A stretch of 42,910 nucleotides of DNA from an uncultured Candidatus Binatia bacterium (lineage in GTDB: Bacteria; Desulfobacterota; Binatia; HRBIN30), in the NCBI GenBank assembly GCA_964528465.1, contig CAZGSN010000369.1, forward strand, positions 1 to 42,910, in the 5' to 3' direction. A model generated the notes under the pieces. That model was not told where the DNA came from. It saw only the letters and a list, made by a program, of their open reading frames with translations, and did not search any database. The translations under genes and the position numbers were made by a program. The number at the start of each line of letters is the position of its first letter. Position 1 is the first letter of the stretch. Shown one piece after another: positions 11,701 to 20,560 of this stretch.

Positions 11701-11740
11701 CGTGACCTTCGTGCCTTCGTGGTTCAATACGAAGGTCACG
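11701..11740 (+). repeat. Perfect 11-bp-stem hairpin (REP-like family 1) 30 nt after the HAD stop; possible terminator
   Basis: CGTGACCTTCG, an 18-nt loop, then CGAAGGTCACG. The loop TGCCTTCGTGGTTCAATA resembles the reverse complement of the 10841-10860 arm (CTCGGTGCCTCGGTGGTTC). Confidence 0.4.
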
Positions 11741-11770
11741 TTGATGTTTGCCCCCTCCGCGGCGAGCAGT

Positions 11771-11890
11771 CGGGGGGCGCTATCGGAGTCGGCATCGATC
11801 CCGTTGCACGCGGTGTCTGCCAACCCACGTCGCGGCCGATTCCGACAGCGATCCCAATCTGGTTGCAGGGTTGTGCAGAGGTTCCTTAGC
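11771..11890 (+). repeat. Copy A of a ~120-nt intergenic repeat family (family 2)
   Basis: GCTATCGGAGTCGGCATCGATCCCGTTGCACGCGGTGTCTGCCAACC..CGCGGCCGATTCCGAC..ATCTGGTTGCAGGG..GCAGAGGTTCCTTA. It aligns by eye with 28645-28765 (same strand) and 26611-26722 (reverse strand). Confidence 0.6.
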
Positions 11891-11895
11891 GAGTG

Positions 11896-13857
11896 TCAGG
11901 GTTCGTGGAGATCCATGGCTGTAGCAAGGCGATCCCCACCGGGTTGAATCGGCTCTGTCTCCGACCAGTAGACCAAGCGCCTTTCCTTCTCAGGCTCCAC
12001 CACCCAAATCTCAGCGCGCAAATCGCCGAGTTCCTGCATGGAGAGGCGCAGCTCGGAACCTGGCGCGACGGGAAACGCAGTGGCAGTGCCCGGCTTGGCG
12101 ACTTTGCGGACGCCATCGATAGTGGCCGCCAAATCCCCCGGCCCGGGCGCTGTTACCTCGATCGTCGCCGGAGCACCGACCCAGCGGGCGTCCCAGTGGA
12201 ATATGCGCTGCTTGGGCTCCGGGCAGGGAGTCGTGTCGCGAAAGGTGTAGGCGTGGAATGAAGTTGGCACGATGCCGGAGTCGACCAGGTCGTCGTCACA
12301 GTGAATGGTGTAATGCCAACCGTGCTTGCGCTCACCCCATACCCCAGCCGGCAGATAAGCGCGGAAGCAGTAGCCGTAGTCGACGATGTTTCCGGCCCCG
12401 ACTAGATCGAGGTAAAAAGACAGCGGGGCTTTGGCGATGCACACGACATGATAAACGTCGTCGCGCATGAGATTGCTGAGCATGAGCGGTCGTACGCGAT
12501 CCGAACCCAGATCGAGTCGTCGAGGTTCCGCAAAAGCACGCATGTCGGTGTAGAAGATGGGCTTGTCGCTTGGGAAGTCGCGAGCGACTCTTGTTCGCAC
12601 CGGGTCGTACCACTGGGCCATCTCCTGTTGGTAAGTACCAAAATACAGTCCCAGAGCTTGATACGCAGCAACGGTGAGCGTTCCCACGGCCAGAAAAAGA
12701 TGCGCGCGCGGAAACCGTCGGAACAAGTCGAGCCCGAGCGCCGCGGCAACCGGAAGGATGGCATACGCCAGAGTCAGGCGATGCGTGCTGGTTCCTTCGC
12801 CGTAGCCGAAGACAGCCGGTGTAAGGCCAGCCACCAAGACGGCAGCCATGAATAGGCTCGCACGCAGTCCGCTCCACAAACCCCCAATGGCGAGGAGCAA
12901 GACAACCACAGGGTGCATTCCGCCGCTTGCCGTGCTGAGCCAATGGCTATTCCCGGTTGCGGCCCAGGTGCTGCTCAATGCAGCGTCGAATCGCAGCACG
13001 AGCGGCCAGTAGCGATCCTGCGTGGCGTCCGTCGCCTCAGTGGCGAGGGCTCCGAACCACTTCAAACCTGTCCAACGAAGCTCGTTCTCGCTCAGGAACA
13101 AAGGCAACGCCCCCGCAAAGCCGAGGGCCAAGACGAGGAGACACGCCGCCCGGTTCCGCCATCCGCGAGCGAGAACGAAGGCGACAAGCGGCACCAGTGT
13201 CATCGAACGGGAGGAGAAGTACGTATAGAAGCCCAGGCAACACACCACCGCCCCGATCCACAGATCGACGGGCCTCACCTGCCGCCAAATCGCCGTGGCG
13301 AGGACAGTCAACAGAAGGAGCTGATTCAACAACAGCTCGCCACCTTGATAAAGGCGAGCGTGGAAGATGTTGCCGGGAATGATCGCCAGGATCGCTGCCC
13401 CCCACAGCCCGGCGACGACAGTGCCACCCATGATGCGGATCAGCGCGAAGATAACGGCGAGCGAGGCGGCTGTTCCTAGGAACGAGTAGGCGCGGATTGC
13501 GACCACGCCGGGACCGAACACATGCACCAAAGGCAACTCGAAGAGCATGTGGATCAAGCTCGGCAGCTTGTTGCAGTTGTCGTCGAACAGCCGGCCGGCC
13601 TCGTAGTCGTCCGCCGAACACTCCAGCGTCAGCCCCTCGTCTGCATGCAGTGGGGGGAAGTCGTAGGCCCATAGCGCAGACGCAAGCGACACCACCAACA
13701 GCAGGACAAGAAGCACAGAATGTGATTCGTTGCGCAGCAGCCGCCACAAAGCCACGATGTAGGTAAGAATAATCGCAAGCGACAGCAACAGAACGTACGG
13801 GGGTGGATAGCTGAGCACGAGGCGGCGAGAGATAGCACTACAGCGGCGGGGGCGCAT
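11896..13857 (-). CDS. Polytopic membrane protein, GT-C-fold (ArnT/PMT-like) glycosyltransferase candidate with a ~200-aa soluble C-terminal domain
   Basis: 653 aa with about 12 hydrophobic segments. An early loop PLHADEG resembles the acidic first-loop motif of GT-C enzymes. The C-terminus is hydrophilic and beta-rich. The function is inferred only. Confidence 0.5.
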   Translation of the reverse strand: MRPRRCSAISRRLVLSYPPPYVLLLSLAIILTYIVALWRLLRNESHSVLLVLLLVVSLASALWAYDFPPLHADEGLTLECSADDYEAGRLFDDNCNKLPSLIHMLFELPLVHVFGPGVVAIRAYSFLGTAASLAVIFALIRIMGGTVVAGLWGAAILAIIPGNIFHARLYQGGELLLNQLLLLTVLATAIWRQVRPVDLWIGAVVCCLGFYTYFSSRSMTLVPLVAFVLARGWRNRAACLLVLALGFAGALPLFLSENELRWTGLKWFGALATEATDATQDRYWPLVLRFDAALSSTWAATGNSHWLSTASGGMHPVVVLLLAIGGLWSGLRASLFMAAVLVAGLTPAVFGYGEGTSTHRLTLAYAILPVAAALGLDLFRRFPRAHLFLAVGTLTVAAYQALGLYFGTYQQEMAQWYDPVRTRVARDFPSDKPIFYTDMRAFAEPRRLDLGSDRVRPLMLSNLMRDDVYHVVCIAKAPLSFYLDLVGAGNIVDYGYCFRAYLPAGVWGERKHGWHYTIHCDDDLVDSGIVPTSFHAYTFRDTTPCPEPKQRIFHWDARWVGAPATIEVTAPGPGDLAATIDGVRKVAKPGTATAFPVAPGSELRLSMQELGDLRAEIWVVEPEKERRLVYWSETEPIQPGGDRLATAMDLHEP

Positions 13858-14039
13858 TCAAAACGAACCGCAGCCATCGTCGCCGGTCGCCCGTCGGACC
13901 TTGCCAAGCCGACGGCGAAGTCTGCTGGAAAACTTGCGAATGAATCCTGCGAGCCTTCAGCGAGGTGGCAATCTGTCGGCGGCTTGCAGCATGCAGCCCG
14001 CTAGCGGTCGAGTCCGTGCTTTGCGACGATGGGCGTTGC

Positions 14040-14675
14040 ATGCCAGCGCGACGGTCCAATCTCCTTACCTTCCTCACCTGTTGTCTGCTTGTGTTGCTCG
14101 TTCTGTCCGGGTACGCGCCGTTCGATCGCGCCACGTGGTTGATGGAGGTTGCCCCGGTGATCCTTGCGCTTCCTGTGCTGTGGCTAACCTCGCACCGGTA
14201 TCCGCTGACGACCTTGCTCTACGTTTGCATCTTTCTGCACGCCTTGGTGCTCATTCTTGGTGGGGCCTACTCCTACGCTCGGGTGCCGCTGGGCTTTTGG
14301 ATACAGAATGTGTTCGCTCTCGATCGTAATCCCTATGACAAGATCGGGCATTTCTTTCAGGGTTTTGTGCCGGCGCTGCTTGCGCGCGAGATCCTTCTGC
14401 GCGGCAATTACGTCCGCCGCGGCCGCATGCTGATCTTCTTGATTGCTTGCGTGGTGCTGGCCGTTAGCGCGACCTACGAACTCATCGAGTGGGCCGCCGC
14501 ATTGTCTCTCGGCCAGGGTGCCGACGAGTTTCTCGCTACCCAGGGCGATCCCTGGGACACACAGTCCGACATGCTCCTAGCCCTGATCGGTGCCACGACC
14601 GCTCTGCTCTGCCTCTCCCGTACCCACGACAGACTGATTGCCGCACTGAGCCTGCCGCAATCGCGAGATGTTTAG
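14040..14675 (+). CDS. DUF2238 (YjdF-like) inner membrane protein
   Basis: Multi-pass membrane protein with NPYDKIGHFFQGFVP and YELIEWAAAL segments, as I remember them for YjdF/DUF2238. The internal ATG at 14040 (MPARRSNLL) is preferred over 13965. Confidence 0.65.
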   Translation: MPARRSNLLTFLTCCLLVLLVLSGYAPFDRATWLMEVAPVILALPVLWLTSHRYPLTTLLYVCIFLHALVLILGGAYSYARVPLGFWIQNVFALDRNPYDKIGHFFQGFVPALLAREILLRGNYVRRGRMLIFLIACVVLAVSATYELIEWAAALSLGQGADEFLATQGDPWDTQSDMLLALIGATTALLCLSRTHDRLIAALSLPQSRDV

Positions 14676-14748
14676 CCTCAAGCCCGGTAGGAATGGAAGC
14701 GGCGCGCGGCGCGGCGCTGACCTTCGAAAAGAGAGCCCTGTCGACGTT

Positions 14749-15180
14749 CTACGAGGCTAGAGGGTTCTCCCAACCCAGGGGCTTGAAGCGAGCGAAGTCG
14801 CCATCGCTACTGCACAAGATGAGCCCATGGCCAACCGCAATCGCGGCGAGATGGGCGTCGGCAACCAGCTTGGAGGAGCTGGCATTGCCGGCAAGAAACG
14901 ACTCGAGTAGCTCCTGGTGTCGGTCGCTCGGCTCCGGTACCCAAACGTTGTCGAGTGCAAGCCAGATTGCGACCCGATCCCATGCCTCTTTCATCGAGAG
15001 GGGCCTTGGAAATACCCTTGGGTTCGTGCAGATGCGCAGAAACGCGAGAAGCGAAGGCCACGGCATTCCAACTCGGATGGACGCGTTGAGCCGCCCGTCG
15101 AGCCAGGCGTTTGCCGCCTGGTGCTGTGCAAAGTCAGAAACAGTCGCGTAGAGGAGAAGATTCGCATCGATCAGGATCAC
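14749..15180 (-). CDS. vapC: PIN-domain toxin VapC
   Basis: The GTG start at 15180 (VILIDANLLLYA) overlaps the vapB stop (GTGA). The acidic PIN residues are at D5, ADAHLAAIA and SSDGDF. Confidence 0.85.
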   Translation of the reverse strand: MILIDANLLLYATVSDFAQHQAANAWLDGRLNASIRVGMPWPSLLAFLRICTNPRVFPRPLSMKEAWDRVAIWLALDNVWVPEPSDRHQELLESFLAGNASSSKLVADAHLAAIAVGHGLILCSSDGDFARFKPLGWENPLAS

Positions 15181-15428
15181 CGGTGGTCCTCGCCTTCCGC
15201 AAAGGCCAGCACCTCGGAGATGTCGTCCAGATTGCTGAGGCGAGGCTTGCCAAGTGATACGGGGGTGGTTGCGTGTGGCGTCGAACCGCGCGTCCGCCTC
15301 CGGCGCATGCTCGTCAGCCCCGCCCGCAAGACCGCGTTCAGCGTCTGCTTGAAAGATTCGGTCCGCCCCTTCCGTACCTTGTTGAGTTCCGCAACTACGT
15401 CGTCTTCGAGGGTAATGGTGGTTCTCAT
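15177..15428 (-). CDS. vapB: VapB-family antitoxin
   Basis: 83 aa starting MRTTITLEDDVVAELNK, a typical VapB_antitoxin N-terminus. This is only the C-terminal part of the 373-aa track ORF; the rest is antisense to the SNF2 gene. Confidence 0.7.
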   Translation of the reverse strand: MRTTITLEDDVVAELNKVRKGRTESFKQTLNAVLRAGLTSMRRRRTRGSTPHATTPVSLGKPRLSNLDDISEVLAFAEGEDHR

Positions 15429-15435
15429 GCATCGC

Positions 15436-15464
15436 CGCATATGTCTCTGATGATTTGATGTCAA
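15436..15464 (-). promoter_or_regulatory. sigma70-like promoter for vapBC, possibly giving a leaderless mRNA
   Basis: The reverse strand reads TTGACA, 17 nt, TATGCG, then 7 nt (GCGATGC) to the vapB ATG at 15428. Confidence 0.3.
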
Positions 15465-15713
15465 TTCCAGGGAGATGCGCCCGGATGCCTGTCGCGGGAG
15501 CCCGTTACCATCCAGAGAATCCAGAGCCGTACAACTACTCCACCGGCACCATAACCAGAGGCTGGTTGGCAAGGGCACGCTACTGGCGCAGCTCCGGCAC
15601 TCGCCCGTGATCTGCGGTTGCTTGGTTTGCTGGTACGGGTGTGTCGTTGTCCTTCGCTTCTCTGTGCGAACAGCGTTGCTTGGCCGCGTGCACTCAGGCA
15701 CGTTGCACGGTTC

Positions 15714-18700
15714 ATGGCCGTGTCTGAATTGAGCCCGTTTACGGTGTCGCTGCTGTCTCCCGACCAGCTTGCGACATTGCTTGGGGCGCTGGCGGAGTTT
15801 CCGCCACAGGTGCGCCAGCAGGGTCAGGAGTGCGCTGCTTCCGGCCGTGTCGGCGTCATCGACTACGACGGCAGCACCGCGGCTGCACGCGTGCGCGGAG
15901 TCTTGGACTACTTTGCGCAGTGGGAATGGGTGGGCGAGGATTGGCGACCCTTGTGCTCCTGCACCGACGGGCCCGCCTGTGCTCATACCTATGCCCTCGG
16001 TCGAACCATGCTCGGCAGCACGCGCCCGGCGCATGCTGCTGCGGCTGCTACCCCTGAACCGGCGCCGCGGGCGGCGCCGCGCCGACAGCGCGACACACTC
16101 CGTGCAGCAGCGCAGTCGGCGTTGCCTGAGGACCCACTGGAGCGCTTGCGCCAAAGCCGCGACCTCAGGCTGCGCCAGGATCTCCTTGCACGTCTCCTGC
16201 AAGGCGGCCCGCGTGTGGGTAACTCCGCCTATCAGCCGGAGTTCGAGAACATCTTGCGCGAAGCCGACCCGGATCTGCTGTGTTGGCGTCTCGCACAAGA
16301 ACTATCGAATCGAAGCGGTGGGTGGGTGCCTCCGGCGTTGCGTGGCTTCGTGCATCGAGAGGACTTGGCACATCGCTACATCCTGCGGCTGCGCTCGGCT
16401 CTCGCCCGTGACCTCTCCGGTTGGGGCGAGCAGCGCCAGGAGCTTGTCAAGCGTAGCCTACGCGTGTTCTTGCGCTTGACGCGCGGCGACGGCCAGCGTG
16501 CCGTCATTCAGGTCGACGCCCGCATGAGCACAGCGAAGCTGAACGAGGTGCCGCGCACCCTCGGCCAGCTCACGCAACTGCGTAGCGACGTGCGCCGCGG
16601 CAACGTTAGCCTGCCCGCCGACCAATCCGTCTTGCTGGAATGGCTCGTCGATGCCCAGGCGGGTGGCACCGACTCCGCGACCCAACCCGCTTTTGGCGTC
16701 GATCCACGTCACGGCTTGTTCGGCAAGCGTTTGCTCGGTCTGCTCTCGCGCGCTGCGGGCAGCACTGCCGCCTGCTGGTCGCCAAATTGCGATCCACAGC
16801 TTGCCGCCTTGGCTGGTGTCACGCCGGGGGCGCCGATCCGATTGGATCAAACACCAGTGCGTCTGCTGCCCGCTTGTCTTCCTGCCGAGGATGGCCTGGT
16901 TGTCGATCTAGCCTTTCATTGGCCGGACGGGCGCACGTGCCCATTGTCGCAAGCCGTGTATATCGATGTTCCCGCCGTGTACGGGGAGATAGATGTTGCC
17001 TTCGTGTTGGCAGAGGGTGCTTTCTTCAAACTCGCCGAGCAACCACCGGCTCCCTTGATCGAGAACTTCGTGCGCACCGGCGGCTTGCCAGTTGCCGACG
17101 AAGAGAGGGCTGAGGTTCTCGGGGAGCTGGGTGGCCGCTTCCCGCACATGCAAACTACGATCGTCGAGCACACCCGCTTCTACGACGTGCGTATGCTCGT
17201 GGCCGTTGATCTGCGCGAAGACGACTGGATGCAAGTGCGTCTATTCGCCGTTTCGGGTTCAGAGACCTGGGCGCCGGGCCAGCCGCTCCCCGACGGCTCG
17301 CTGTGTTTCGAGTACGGACCGGATGCCACCTGGGCACTCCTGAAAGTGGGCAAGGTGCAGGAGGGTAGCCCCGAACCTAGCTCCCAGGATCCTTTGCAGG
17401 ATTCTTTGCAGGATCCATTGTATGAGGCGCTACCGTCGGCTGAAGCGAACTCCGCGGCGGCACCTGAGGCGAGTCCCGGCCTCGATGCTGGAGATACCGC
17501 TAGTCCTGCCGATCCTGTGGATGTCTGGTTCGTTGCTCCGCAGCCGCAGTGTGTGGAGGCCTCTGTGCAATGGTTGCGTCTGCTCGGTGCCGTGCCTGGA
17601 AACCGGCGCACCAAAAGCGGCACGGCACCGCCGTGGGCGGATCATGAAGTGGGTTGGTGGCTCAATGCCGGGCGCCGGCGGCTGGAAGACTTCGCTGCTG
17701 CATGGGAAGCCCGGCCAGCGGAGATTTCGTTCTTTGGAACTGCGCGCATGCGGCGTCTGCTCACCACCGACCTGCACATTGCACCGCGTCTGCGCATTCA
17801 GGCCAGTGGTATGGACTGGTTTTCCATATCCGCCGAATGGGAGGCTGAAGGGCTGACGTTGACTGAGGACGATCTGGCTTTGCTGCGCGGAGCAAGCACG
17901 CGCTTCGTGAAACTTTCCGCGGGTTGGATCGACCGTGAGCTTGTGCATGTGCGTGAGGAGTCCACCCAGATACTGGCGGATCTCGGCCTCGAGGTTGGCG
18001 AGCAAGATCAGCGCGTCACCTTGTGGCAGTTGGCAGGAGCACAGCCGCAAAGCCTGGAAGCTTTGGAACGGCTGGGAGCAGACTCGACTACCGTTGAGGC
18101 AGCACGCCAGTTGCGCCAGCGAGTAGCGGATTTTTCCGGGCTCGCCGAGGTCGGCGTGCCGGCTACATTGCAGGCCGACTTGCGCCCCTACCAGAAGCGA
18201 GGCTTGGACTTTCTGGCCTACATGACCGGCCTTGGAATCGGGGCCGTGTTGGCCGACGACATGGGGCTGGGAAAAACGATCCAAGCCTTGGCATGGCTAC
18301 TGTATTTGAAAGAGACGGAGCCAACGGGGGGGCCGAGCTTGGTCGTGTGCCCCGCTTCGGTTGTCCACAACTGGGAACGTGAGGCCGAACGCTTCGCCCC
18401 ATCGCTGCGGGTTTTGTCCTTGGGTAGCGGGCAACTGCGCCACGAATCACGCCGGCACATCGCCGACTTCGATCTGGTGATCACCAACTACGCCTTGCTG
18501 CGTCTCGATGCCGAGGCGTGGCGTGAAGTTGAACTCCGGGCTGCGATCTTGGACGAGGCACAGAACATCAAGAATCCGGATGCTGCGGTCACGCAAGCCG
18601 CGCACACCTTGCGTGCCAAGCATCGGCTGGCACTGACAGGCACGCCGCTCGAGAACCGAGCCTTGGATCTGTGGAGTATCAGTAACTTCGTCAACCCGAG

Positions 18701-19562
18701 CTACCTGGGGTTGCGCTCGCGCTTTCAGGCCCGCTTCGATCACCCAGACGCCCCACCCTATCTACGCACCTTGTTGGCGGCAAAGTTACGGCCGGTGATG
18801 CTTCGGCGCACCAAACGCCAAGTGGCAACCGACCTGCCCGAGCGCATCGAGGAGCGCCATGATTGCGACCTCACCAAGGAGCAGCGGCAACTGTATTTGG
18901 CCGAGTTGCGCCGCAGCCGAGAGCTGGTCGATCGCTTGAGCCACGAGCCCGGGGGCATCGCGCAGAACAAGATTCACATCTTGGCGGCGCTGACACGACT
19001 ACGGCAGATCTGTTGCCATCCTGCTTTGGCGGGCGCGACCGGTGATCTCGGGTCGGGAAAATTCGAAGCCTTGTTCGAACTACTGGAGCCGCTCTTGGCC
19101 GAAGGGCACAAGGTGCTGGTGTTCTCGCAGTTCGTGGAATGCCTCAACCTGTTGCGCCAAGAGTTGGACACGCGCGGGGTGGGCCACCATCTGCTCACCG
19201 GCCAAAGCACCAGACGCGAACACATCGTCGATGCCTTTCAGAATGACCCGAACCCGTGCGTATTCTTGGTATCGCTCAAGGCCGGGGGAACCGGACTCAA
19301 TCTTACCGCGGCTAGCTACGTAATCTTGTTTGATCCGTGGTGGAACCCGGCCGTGGAGGCGCAAGCCATCGACCGCGCGCACCGCATCGGTCAAGACCGA
19401 ACGGTGATCGCCTATCGCATGATTGCGACGGGCACCATTGAAGAAAAGATCTTCCAACTCCAGCAGCGTAAGGCCGAGCTTGTGCGTGACATCCTCGGCG
19501 AGGACGGCTTCGCGCGCGCCCTCGACCGTGACGCCCTCGACTTCTTGCTGCAGGACGCGTGA
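15714..19562 (+). CDS. SWIM zinc finger / SNF2-family (Rad54-like) ATPase, 1282 aa
   Basis: SWIM motif CSCTDGPACAH. SNF2 motifs LADDMGLGKTIQ, DEAQNIKN and LTGTPLENR. Helicase C-terminal motifs GGTGLNLTAA and QAIDRAHRIGQ. The ATG at 15714 (MAVSELSPF) is preferred over the track start at 15618. Confidence 0.9.
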   Translation: MAVSELSPFTVSLLSPDQLATLLGALAEFPPQVRQQGQECAASGRVGVIDYDGSTAAARVRGVLDYFAQWEWVGEDWRPLCSCTDGPACAHTYALGRTMLGSTRPAHAAAAATPEPAPRAAPRRQRDTLRAAAQSALPEDPLERLRQSRDLRLRQDLLARLLQGGPRVGNSAYQPEFENILREADPDLLCWRLAQELSNRSGGWVPPALRGFVHREDLAHRYILRLRSALARDLSGWGEQRQELVKRSLRVFLRLTRGDGQRAVIQVDARMSTAKLNEVPRTLGQLTQLRSDVRRGNVSLPADQSVLLEWLVDAQAGGTDSATQPAFGVDPRHGLFGKRLLGLLSRAAGSTAACWSPNCDPQLAALAGVTPGAPIRLDQTPVRLLPACLPAEDGLVVDLAFHWPDGRTCPLSQAVYIDVPAVYGEIDVAFVLAEGAFFKLAEQPPAPLIENFVRTGGLPVADEERAEVLGELGGRFPHMQTTIVEHTRFYDVRMLVAVDLREDDWMQVRLFAVSGSETWAPGQPLPDGSLCFEYGPDATWALLKVGKVQEGSPEPSSQDPLQDSLQDPLYEALPSAEANSAAAPEASPGLDAGDTASPADPVDVWFVAPQPQCVEASVQWLRLLGAVPGNRRTKSGTAPPWADHEVGWWLNAGRRRLEDFAAAWEARPAEISFFGTARMRRLLTTDLHIAPRLRIQASGMDWFSISAEWEAEGLTLTEDDLALLRGASTRFVKLSAGWIDRELVHVREESTQILADLGLEVGEQDQRVTLWQLAGAQPQSLEALERLGADSTTVEAARQLRQRVADFSGLAEVGVPATLQADLRPYQKRGLDFLAYMTGLGIGAVLADDMGLGKTIQALAWLLYLKETEPTGGPSLVVCPASVVHNWEREAERFAPSLRVLSLGSGQLRHESRRHIADFDLVITNYALLRLDAEAWREVELRAAILDEAQNIKNPDAAVTQAAHTLRAKHRLALTGTPLENRALDLWSISNFVNPSYLGLRSRFQARFDHPDAPPYLRTLLAAKLRPVMLRRTKRQVATDLPERIEERHDCDLTKEQRQLYLAELRRSRELVDRLSHEPGGIAQNKIHILAALTRLRQICCHPALAGATGDLGSGKFEALFELLEPLLAEGHKVLVFSQFVECLNLLRQELDTRGVGHHLLTGQSTRREHIVDAFQNDPNPCVFLVSLKAGGTGLNLTAASYVILFDPWWNPAVEAQAIDRAHRIGQDRTVIAYRMIATGTIEEKIFQLQQRKAELVRDILGEDGFARALDRDALDFLLQDA

Positions 19563-19883
19563 GGTGCACCGGTTCGCCGGTAAGTCCGGCTTTGCACGCC
19601 AAATCGCTTGGGCGGGCAATCCGGCTCATGCGCCGCGGGGGCGCGCCTGTCCCGAGCCCAGTCGAGGGGGCGTCTCCATTGTTTGTAGACATTGATGGAT
19701 TGAGTTGGAGACGGGCCGCCCTCGGCCCGCGTCTGGTGGAGGAACGATTTGGCGGGCAAAGCCCCCGTCGGCCGCTTAGCCCGTACGTGCCTGTGTTCGG
19801 CGAACGGGGAGGCGATCTCCGGAAGCAGCGTTTCAAAGCATCCAGGACTTGTGCAGGGGTTCCTTAACTGACGGACATTGCCG

Positions 19884-20288
19884 CTAGCCCAGCAATTGCA
19901 GGATCCACCAGAGGTAGATGAGCATTTGAGCAAAGAAGAAGACGGCGCGAGTGAGTACCGCGGCCGAAGTAGTGGAGACGATGTGTGTCGTCGACTGGGC
20001 AATGCGCAGCAGCAGCACCCACATGGCCAGCGGATCGGTGACCGACAGCCGACCGGCAGAACTTGCTGCCCACGCAATCGCCACGAACACGGGTAGTGTT
20101 TCAAAGCAGTTGTCGCGCGCACGCGTCAGCCGCCGTCCGAAGCCATCGAGATCCGAGCCGTCGGGAGCGAAGCCATTTACGGCCTTGCTGCCGGTTGCGA
20201 TGAGCATGCTGCGATAGATGGCCATGCCGAGTGTGAGCAAGACAAACCAACCGGCAAAGCCAAGGAGAGCGGTAGCGGTCGACGACAT
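19884..20288 (-). CDS. MAPEG-family membrane protein
   Basis: 134 aa with 3-4 TM segments and RARDNCFETLPVF, which matches the R-x-H/D-x-N-x-x-E-x-x-P MAPEG motif. Confidence 0.7.
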   Translation of the reverse strand: MSSTATALLGFAGWFVLLTLGMAIYRSMLIATGSKAVNGFAPDGSDLDGFGRRLTRARDNCFETLPVFVAIAWAASSAGRLSVTDPLAMWVLLLRIAQSTTHIVSTTSAAVLTRAVFFFAQMLIYLWWILQLLG

Positions 20289-20560
20289 GGGGACCTCCCT
20301 TGCGAATCAGACATGGATTGTTGCGAACCTTGTCCCTGTGCCCTGAGGCAGCGGGCAATGCAAGCGGACGGCCTACTCCCCGGATCCGGCGCTAGCGCCG
20401 GATCCGCAGGTGCACGGTGCGCCGGTTCGCCGGTGCGGGGCACAGCGGTCTTCGAGAAGCTGATCCACCAGACGCCCGTGATTCAAGCAAAGAAAGCACA
20501 TCCCCCCGCGTCTTCCAGCGCCTTCCTGTTGCGCACTAGCGCCGGGCTCCAGCGGGAAGT

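Noticed and set aside
15429-16298. Upstream 290 aa of the 373-aa minus-strand ORF 15177-16298
   Set aside because: Only the last 83 aa (MRTTITLEDD...) look like a VapB antitoxin. The remainder is antisense to the SWIM-SNF2 gene and crosses the divergent promoter region.
15714-19562. SWIM-SNF2 ATPase as a component of DISARM, Zorya or BREX
   Set aside because: None of the obligatory partners (DrmA/B/C or a methylase, ZorA/B, PglX/PglZ) is present within 10 kb on either side. SWIM-SNF2 proteins are widespread stand-alone genes.
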